Virus record (IMG/VR): IMGVR_UViG_3300011982_000008
Location: 1-6,802 of that record
Length of the DNA stretch: 6,802 nucleotides
Reading direction: 5' to 3' (one strand)
Source of the DNA: a virus
Part shown: positions 1 through 4,541 of the stretch, piece after piece
Position numbering within the stretch: the stretch's first letter is position 1
Layout of the letters: every line of letters begins with the position of its first letter
Translations under genes and position numbers: made by a program
Notes under the pieces: model-generated
The model's database searches: none
Seen by the model: only the letters and a program-made list of their open reading frames with translations
What the model was told of the DNA's origin: nothing

Positions 1-77
1 CAGACCCCCACCCCTGTACTAGACAAACAGAATTACTCACGCGCACGCACGTATAGAGGTCACGCGCGCACGATTAG
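1..77. repeat. Terminal redundancy of the linearised circular genome (identical to 6726-6802)
   Basis: I compared the 77 nt at 1-77 (cagacccccacccctgtactagacaaacag...cgattag) base by base with 6726-6802 and they are identical. A direct terminal overlap of this kind is an assembly signature of a circular molecule. The unit genome is ~6,725 nt. Confidence 0.95.
38..72. repeat. Two alternating purine-pyrimidine (Z-DNA-prone) tracts: CACGCGCACGCACGTATA (38-55) and CACGCGCGCACG (61-72)
   Basis: Alternation is perfect for 18 and 12 nt, separated only by GAGGT. The two tracts are also imperfect direct repeats of each other (CACGCGC(A/G)CGCACG). They sit immediately next to the G4/hairpin element in the circular map. 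Confidence 0.5.
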
Positions 78-90
78 TAATATAGGGGTG

Positions 91-120
91 AAAAACTGAG
101 CAAATGTGCTGTCAGTTTTT
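91..120. terminator. Bidirectional terminator-like hairpin flanked by A5/T5: AAAAACUGA-gcaaaugugcug-UCAGUUUUU
   Basis: The 9-nt arms aaaaactga and tcagttttt are reverse complements, with an extra GCA/TGC pair inside the loop. Read on either strand it gives a stem followed by UUUUU. It is positioned where a minus-strand transcript leaving VP2 would end, after crossing 850 down to 121. The stem is short and AU-rich at its ends, so strength is uncertain. Confidence 0.35.
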
Positions 121-129
121 CCAATAGTA

Positions 130-420
130 AACAAGGCGATGGCATAACGCGGAGGGTTATGCAGATAACGATGTATGCTTTGCGAATAGTCCGCTCGATG
201 TGGTCGCTAGCGCTATGCACTTCGCTTACGCTCAGCTTAAGGCCGCTCGTCGCGGCCTGTTTTCGCTACCACTTCGCTGCATCACCTCACTTCGTTCGGT
301 TCTTCGCTCGTGCTAACGCTCAAACAAAGGGTGTATAAGGGCGTTCGTTCCTCACGCTATGCGCTCATAAATTTCGCGCGTGTGTCTTACGCGCCGTTCG
401 TCACGGCGCGCGCTCGTTGC
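130..420. other. Non-coding GC-rich island (~57% GC against ~35-40% elsewhere) with CGCT/TTCGCT motif saturation and multiple short GC stems
   Basis: Per-60-nt GC counts are 53%, 62%, 50% and 63%. There are ~15 copies of CGCT in 230 nt (CACTTCGCT at 218 and 270, TTCGCTCG at 303). Hairpins are GGCCGC-ucguc-GCGGCC followed by UGUUUU (241-263), GCGCG-N9-CGCGC (375-393) and CGCGCCG-uucguca-CGGCGCG (389-409). By hand translation the minus (genic) strand has stops in all three frames. The plus strand has only a 59-aa ORF (159-338) of implausible composition. Confidence 0.5.
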
Positions 421-452
421 AGAGTTAATGGTAAATGTTAATAAGTATTTAC

Positions 453-503
453 AAATGGTTCGATATTTATATTTTGCGTTAAAATATGTATTAAAATGGT
501 TCG
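453..503. repeat. Second direct-repeat pair: AAATGGTTCG at 453-462 and 494-503 (41-nt spacing)
   Basis: Exact 10-mers, each followed by a T/A-rich run. They lie between the GC island and the 27-nt repeats. They look like a possible binding-site array together with the GTTAA motifs. Confidence 0.4.
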
Positions 504-514
504 TTTTTTATAGT

Positions 515-594
515 GTCGCGTAAAATTTGTTAACTGCAACACCTAAAATATTAACAATATTTAGATTGTCGCGTAATTTATGTTAACTGCAACA
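515..594. repeat. Iteron-like direct repeats: two 27-nt copies, GTCGCGTAAAATTTGTTAACTGCAACA (515-541) and GTCGCGTAATTTATGTTAACTGCAACA (568-594), 53 nt apart
   Basis: They are 24/27 identical. Blocks of 9 and 12 identical nt flank a 6-nt variable core. Each is preceded by TAG(T/A)T. Each contains the HpaI palindrome GTTAAC and the partial palindrome TGTT-N6-AACA. They are embedded in a region with recurring GTTAA(T/C) motifs (424, 436, 530, 551, 583, 626). Confidence 0.55.
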
Positions 595-710
595 AAACAA
601 AATAACACCACACTTCACAGCGCAGTGTTAATAAAAAATAAATAAACTAATCAATGAATGAACTTAAAAACCAAAAAACTTAAATTTGCAATAAACTAAA
701 TGAACTAAAT

Positions 711-854
711 ATGAATTACAACGAAAATTACTACAAAGAAAAAGCAAAATTGTTCAAAACAATTCGAATTGTACTCATCTGTATAGCATTAATACCTATC
801 ATAATGATAATAATGATATTCGGAATGATGGCAATACAAACAATACTTGATTAA
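711..854 (+). CDS. Antisense small single-pass membrane protein ORF (47 aa, MNYNENYYKEKAKLFKTIRIVLICIALIPIIMIIMIFGMMAIQTILD)
   Basis: ATG at 711, TAA at 852-854; I translated it by hand. The product has a charged N-terminus and then a ~27-residue uninterrupted hydrophobic helix. It is the only plausible ORF on the strand opposite all other genes, and it converges on the VP2 stop with a 3-nt overlap. AT-rich DNA readily yields Ile/Leu/Met-rich ORFs, and microviruses are not known to use the antisense strand, so confidence is low. Confidence 0.2.
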   Translation: MNYNENYYKEKAKLFKTIRIVLICIALIPIIMIIMIFGMMAIQTILD

Positions 855-2158
855 CGACTTTGCAGATAACCGTCTAATGCATCGGCAATAGCATCATCAG
901 AATAGTGTTTTAAACGCTCGACAAGTTCCTCATTACTATTATAATTAAAGCCAAGAGACGTTGCAATCTTGCTCCAAATCAAATCACCCTTTTGCATTAC
1001 GAATTGTTGAAGATTTTGAGGACGTTGTTTCTGCATAATAGAAGCCAATCGTTCAGCACCGCCAAAGAAATACTCAAACTCAGATAACTTAGTTTTCTGC
1101 GCCTCAGTCAATGTTTGTTGGCCAAGCAATTGAGCATAACGTTGTTGTGTTTGAACATTCTGGTTATTTAATCTTGTAGCAGACCTATTTAGGTCAAATT
1201 GACTACCTAACACACGTGTTTCAGCGTTAATCTTTTGATATTCGGAGCGAAGATTAACTAATTGTTGCTGCAATATCTGCAATTGTTCGGGCATGAGATA
1301 CCCAAGATTATACTTCTTAGTAAGATACTCGATATTGAGATTTTTCTCAGTAACCTTGCCATTAATAATATCTTGAGTAAGCTTATCAATCGTTTTAAAC
1401 AACTGAACATTCTCACCACGTGCTCGTTGTTCGGCCAATGTGACAGGACGACCAGTAGCCTCATCAGTCAGAGGTACACCATTGGAATCGTATGCTTGCA
1501 GTTGAGACATAGCATTTTGAATTTCAGTAGCAAAAGCAGAAGCAGCATCAACACGAGCAGCTTGCTTACTTTGTTCAAGCCGATTGAGCGTTTCCTGCGC
1601 TTGCGCACCAGCTTTAGCACCAGTAGCAGCATTAGTGATTTTATCAGCGGCTTTTTGGTTACCAAAATCATAATCAGCTTTCTCGTAAGCTAAACCTTGA
1701 GCCAAGTAATTACCTACTTGGCCGAATGCATCACCTAAACCATCTAATAGATTTTGACTAGTGTTAGCAGATGGAGCGGCTACGGAATTACCTAAGTTAG
1801 TACTATTGGCTATACTAGCACTACTTGCAGCAGCTTGGCCATTATACAAATAAGGGTTATAACCGGCATCCTCAATACGCTCACGAACAGCACTCTCGTT
1901 ACTCCATGCTCTATTCTCTGCATTAACCTTATCCTGATAGGCCATTTGTTGAGCATTCACCTTATCTTGTTGTTCAACTTGCTTTTGCCACATTTCACGC
2001 TGAAATGCTTGGTCACGCTTTTGTTGAGAATTACCGCCAAACAATTTCATTGCGCCACCTACTACAGCAGCACCGGCACCAATAAGGGCAGGAATAATAT
2101 GTTTTTGACATTGACAATTATTTAAATTTTCAATAGTCCAATATCTAATTTTAATCAT
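851..2158 (-). CDS. Minor capsid / DNA pilot protein (VP2-like), 436 aa from ATG 2158 (449 aa if the upstream GTG at 2200 is used)
   Basis: The long ORF is open to 2200, but the codon at 2200 is GTG and the first ATG is at 2158-2156 (MIKIRYW...). Between them sits a GC hairpin plus U-tract (2164-2198), so I prefer the ATG. The N-terminus has a Gly/Ala-rich hydrophobic segment (IIPALIGAGAAVVGGAMKLFGG), followed by a long Gln/Ala-rich predicted coiled-coil region. This is the architecture of microvirus VP2/H pilot proteins. TAA at 853-851. Confidence 0.6.
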   Translation of the reverse strand: MIKIRYWTIENLNNCQCQKHIIPALIGAGAAVVGGAMKLFGGNSQQKRDQAFQREMWQKQVEQQDKVNAQQMAYQDKVNAENRAWSNESAVRERIEDAGYNPYLYNGQAAASSASIANSTNLGNSVAAPSANTSQNLLDGLGDAFGQVGNYLAQGLAYEKADYDFGNQKAADKITNAATGAKAGAQAQETLNRLEQSKQAARVDAASAFATEIQNAMSQLQAYDSNGVPLTDEATGRPVTLAEQRARGENVQLFKTIDKLTQDIINGKVTEKNLNIEYLTKKYNLGYLMPEQLQILQQQLVNLRSEYQKINAETRVLGSQFDLNRSATRLNNQNVQTQQRYAQLLGQQTLTEAQKTKLSEFEYFFGGAERLASIMQKQRPQNLQQFVMQKGDLIWSKIATSLGFNYNSNEELVERLKHYSDDAIADALDGYLQSR

Positions 2159-2163
2159 AAGCC

Positions 2164-2198
2164 ATAAAAATAAGGCTGCCCGCCTAATGGCAGGCAGC
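2164..2198 (-). terminator. Intergenic hairpin plus U-tract (intrinsic terminator/attenuator-like) just upstream of the VP2 ATG
   Basis: Plus-strand positions 2175-2184 (gctgcccgcc) pair with 2189-2198 (ggcaggcagc). That gives a 10-bp GC-rich stem with one mismatch and a TAAT loop. On the minus strand it is followed by CUUAUUUUUAU. It lies between the 38-aa ORF stop (2206) and the VP2 ATG (2158), and overlaps the GTG-initiated N-terminal extension of the long ORF. Confidence 0.4.
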
Positions 2199-2205
2199 AC
2201 AAGGG

Positions 2206-2322
2206 TTAGACTTCACTGGAATCACTCTTTTCAGATTTTTTCTTAGCAAATGTTTCAGGCAATTGCTTGAGAAAAGGGAGAAGCAACTCGATAATAAACA
2301 AAATTTTCTTAAAGATTTTCAT
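2206..2322 (-). CDS. Small Lys-rich ORF (38 aa, MKIFKKILFIIELLLPFLKQLPETFAKKKSEKSDSSEV) between VP3-like and VP2-like genes
   Basis: ATG at 2322-2320 and TAA at 2208-2206. The product has a hydrophobic N-terminal half and a Lys-rich C-terminal half (8 Lys). It is immediately followed by the hairpin plus U-tract at 2164-2198. It could be a J/VP8-like small DNA-binding or membrane peptide. It could equally be a chance ORF in AT-rich intergenic DNA. Confidence 0.3.
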   Translation of the reverse strand: MKIFKKILFIIELLLPFLKQLPETFAKKKSEKSDSSEV

Positions 2323-2367
2323 AACTAAATTACTTTAAATTAATAATAATATTGAACTAAAAAAAAA

Positions 2368-2781
2368 CTATTCTGTAGGAGAAACATCAGAAGCAGATTC
2401 AACAGGTTGAGCCTGATTAACACCTTCCATAAATTCCTGATACTTCATACCAACAAAATCCCAATCAGTAAGAGTATTATGATACCTGGAGGGCAAGAGG
2501 GCTGCCAAATCCTCATCAGAAACATCATTACGAGAATTAGCAGGAATTTCCTGTAACATACTCATAATACGCTCTTTTTCTGCCAATGTAACAGAACCTG
2601 ATAACAACTTAGTTACAGGGTTTTCACGATTACCAGTGACAGAATCAACAGGCGCGACCACATCAATAATTTCCCTAATCTCATGGTTAAGGCAGGGGTT
2701 AGAGGGCTTAGCAGGAATAGCCAGTAACTTATCACGCTGGTCGTCAGTCATATAAGAAAAAACAACTTCAATTCTATCCAT
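2368..2781 (-). CDS. Putative internal scaffolding protein (VP3-like), acidic, 137 aa
   Basis: ATG at 2781-2779 lies 5 nt after the VP1 TAA (tight packing). TAG at 2370-2368. The protein is Asp/Glu-rich and ~140 aa, and its position between capsid and pilot genes matches gokushovirus VP3. I cannot confirm homology by eye. Confidence 0.5.
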   Translation of the reverse strand: MDRIEVVFSYMTDDQRDKLLAIPAKPSNPCLNHEIREIIDVVAPVDSVTGNRENPVTKLLSGSVTLAEKERIMSMLQEIPANSRNDVSDEDLAALLPSRYHNTLTDWDFVGMKYQEFMEGVNQAQPVESASDVSPTE

Positions 2782-2786
2782 AACAA

Positions 2787-4442
2787 TTAAATACTAGGTA
2801 AACCATCAACAGACATATCACTTATCTTAGTAATTCCAAAATAACAGCCACCAAACAATTGGTCAGTCAACTGACTACCATTGTAAGACACTGCAAAGAC
2901 AGAATCACACCATTTAGGACTGATTTTCAACAAATCAATACCAAGAGTCTTGTTAGCCGTAAAATCGTCAGACAAAGACCGATTACGGGCAATAGTCCAA
3001 AAAGACAATGGTGCAAAGGCACCAAATTGACCGTGGTTAACATCCATAGCTGTTTTGTATTCAGAATACCGCAGTTGCCAACCAAGGGGGTAATCAGTGG
3101 AAGGAACAGCCTTTGGTGTAGTATCACTAGGAGTCGGAATCATATCGGTAACATTATGGAGCAAAAGAGGCTGCATACCTAAATTTTCAAACTCAGGTAT
3201 AAAATAATCACCGCGAGTTACTTTTTCAACAAAGGGGTCAACACGAGTACTATCATATTGCATGGCAGGCACAGCAGAGTAGATACACATCAAAACACCA
3301 TGTTCCTTTGCATCAAATGAAATGTGACCAGAACCTTCAGCTATAGATTTGCCGACAACCTTGCCAAGATAACCGGCATCAGAAGTAGTACCAGAAGTGC
3401 CAGATGTCTGGGTAACATCACCTACATTAAAATTGCTGTCAAAGCCACCAATATAGAATACTTGACCATCACGACCTTCAGACACTTTTACACCAAAATG
3501 CGCCTCAACTTGTTCGGCATAAGTCTTACCGGCACGCATAGAAATGGACAACATCTTATCCAATGCAAATGCAGAGCGAATAGAAGACACATCAATACGC
3601 CCATCATTATTTGTCCTCTTATAGAATACACTCTTATTATCAAGGGTACCAAATGAGGAATTATTACCAGAGATACTGAGAGCATTACCTAAATTGGAGG
3701 GCATGGAAATGAGAGGAGAAGGGCGCAGATTAGTCAAATAGTCAGAGGGAGCATTACGATAACGAAGTTTCAAAAATCTATCAAAAAAAGATTTACCAGT
3801 GAAAAAGCCGCTAACATCATCAAAATTAAATGAAGCTACATCATAAGGCTCAAAAATGTTGTTACGATAGAAATCGGAATATATTTTCTGATAGGCGGCT
3901 GCACGAAATGGAGTAACAGAGCCGTTGAAGATATAATCAAACTTCTTAGTTTTACCCAAGTCAACAGGATAACCATAGCCAAAAAGGTCAAGCAATCTAA
4001 TGGCATTATCTTTCGAAGAGAATCCAAAAATATCTTTGGCAGTCTGGTCAGTATCAGGCAGCTTAAGAATATGTTCAAACAATTTTGAACGCTCTACACG
4101 AGGAACAGAAAGGTCAGAAGAATATTTACCGATAAATATAGAAGACTTGACATCATTCGTATTTACAAGGAACTGGTCAAACAAATGCCACATTTGAGAA
4201 TAAGGCACAAAAAAGAACTCATAAACACCGCGAAGTGACATGAATGCAGCACTATTCATTGGGAGAGTACGCATAAAATCACGCGCATTTATCTCAACAT
4301 GGTCATGCGGAATCAAATCCAAAGACAACACAGGCAGCAAGGCACCAACAGGGGCGGTAAACATGTGCCGTTGGGATAAATCAAACGCATTTCGCGGTCG
4401 ATTAGCCTTACTAGGCCGAATATCCAATTTTTTAACACTCAT
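2787..4442 (-). CDS. Major capsid protein (Microviridae VP1/F-like), 551 aa
   Basis: ATG at 4442-4440 and TAA at 2789-2787, both verified. The N-terminus NRPRNAFDLSQRHMFTAPVGALLPVLSLDLIPHDHVEINARDFMRTLPM...GVYEFFFVPYSQMW matches the conserved Microviridae VP1 pattern (R-N-x-F-D-L-S...G-x-L-P...D...P-x-D...R...FFVP-x-x-x-W). Size is typical for VP1. No SD upstream. Confidence 0.9.
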   Translation of the reverse strand: MSVKKLDIRPSKANRPRNAFDLSQRHMFTAPVGALLPVLSLDLIPHDHVEINARDFMRTLPMNSAAFMSLRGVYEFFFVPYSQMWHLFDQFLVNTNDVKSSIFIGKYSSDLSVPRVERSKLFEHILKLPDTDQTAKDIFGFSSKDNAIRLLDLFGYGYPVDLGKTKKFDYIFNGSVTPFRAAAYQKIYSDFYRNNIFEPYDVASFNFDDVSGFFTGKSFFDRFLKLRYRNAPSDYLTNLRPSPLISMPSNLGNALSISGNNSSFGTLDNKSVFYKRTNNDGRIDVSSIRSAFALDKMLSISMRAGKTYAEQVEAHFGVKVSEGRDGQVFYIGGFDSNFNVGDVTQTSGTSGTTSDAGYLGKVVGKSIAEGSGHISFDAKEHGVLMCIYSAVPAMQYDSTRVDPFVEKVTRGDYFIPEFENLGMQPLLLHNVTDMIPTPSDTTPKAVPSTDYPLGWQLRYSEYKTAMDVNHGQFGAFAPLSFWTIARNRSLSDDFTANKTLGIDLLKISPKWCDSVFAVSYNGSQLTDQLFGGCYFGITKISDMSVDGLPSI

Positions 4443-4453
4443 AAGACAAAAAT

Positions 4454-4540
4454 TTAATAACTAAAAATGTAAAGAATAAAACAAATAAATGCAAGCATTA
4501 AAGCAAGAACTAATATAACAAACAAATCATCACTTTTCAT
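4454..4540 (-). CDS. Tiny hydrophobic peptide ORF (28 aa, MKSDDLFVILVLALMLAFICFILYIFSY) filling the Rep-VP1 gap
   Basis: The ATG at 4540-4538 starts 1 nt after the Rep TAA (TAA-T-ATG). The TAA at 4456-4454 lies 11 nt before the VP1 ATG. The product is a single predicted transmembrane helix with a short charged N-terminus. The T-rich strand could produce such an ORF by chance, so confidence is low. Confidence 0.25.
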   Translation of the reverse strand: MKSDDLFVILVLALMLAFICFILYIFSY

Positions 4541-4541
4541 A

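Noticed and set aside
159-338. 59-aa plus-strand ORF (MQITMYALRIVRSMWSLALCTSLTLSLRPLVAACFRYHFAASPHFVRFFARANAQTKGV) inside the GC island
   Set aside because: It is open only because the C/T-rich plus strand of the CGCT-repeat island lacks stop codons. It is antisense to all genes, has an implausible low-complexity composition, and contains a GGCCGC/GCGGCC hairpin plus U-run. It is more likely structural DNA or RNA than coding.
1262-2125. Plus-strand ORFs 1262..1693 (143 aa) and 1835..2125 (96 aa) antisense to VP2
   Set aside because: They overlap the high-confidence VP2-like gene on the opposite strand. They have Leu/Ile/Ser-rich low-complexity compositions typical of antisense frames of AT-rich genes. 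Microviridae transcribe one strand.
2200-2200. GTG at 2200 as the VP2 start (449-aa version given by the ORF track)
   Set aside because: The codon is GTG, not ATG. The 14 extra N-terminal codons are encoded by the two arms of a GC hairpin followed by a U-tract, and a clean ATG lies 42 nt downstream at 2158. The shorter ORF is preferred but not proven.
2859-4464. Plus-strand ORFs antisense to VP1 (2859..3182, 3324..3656, 4000..4197, 4240..4464) and minus-strand off-frame ORFs 2927..3127, 3488..3685, 3836..4078
   Set aside because: All are 65-110 codons and nested in the major capsid gene. Their lengths are within the chance range for this composition, and they have no start or stop coupling to neighbours.
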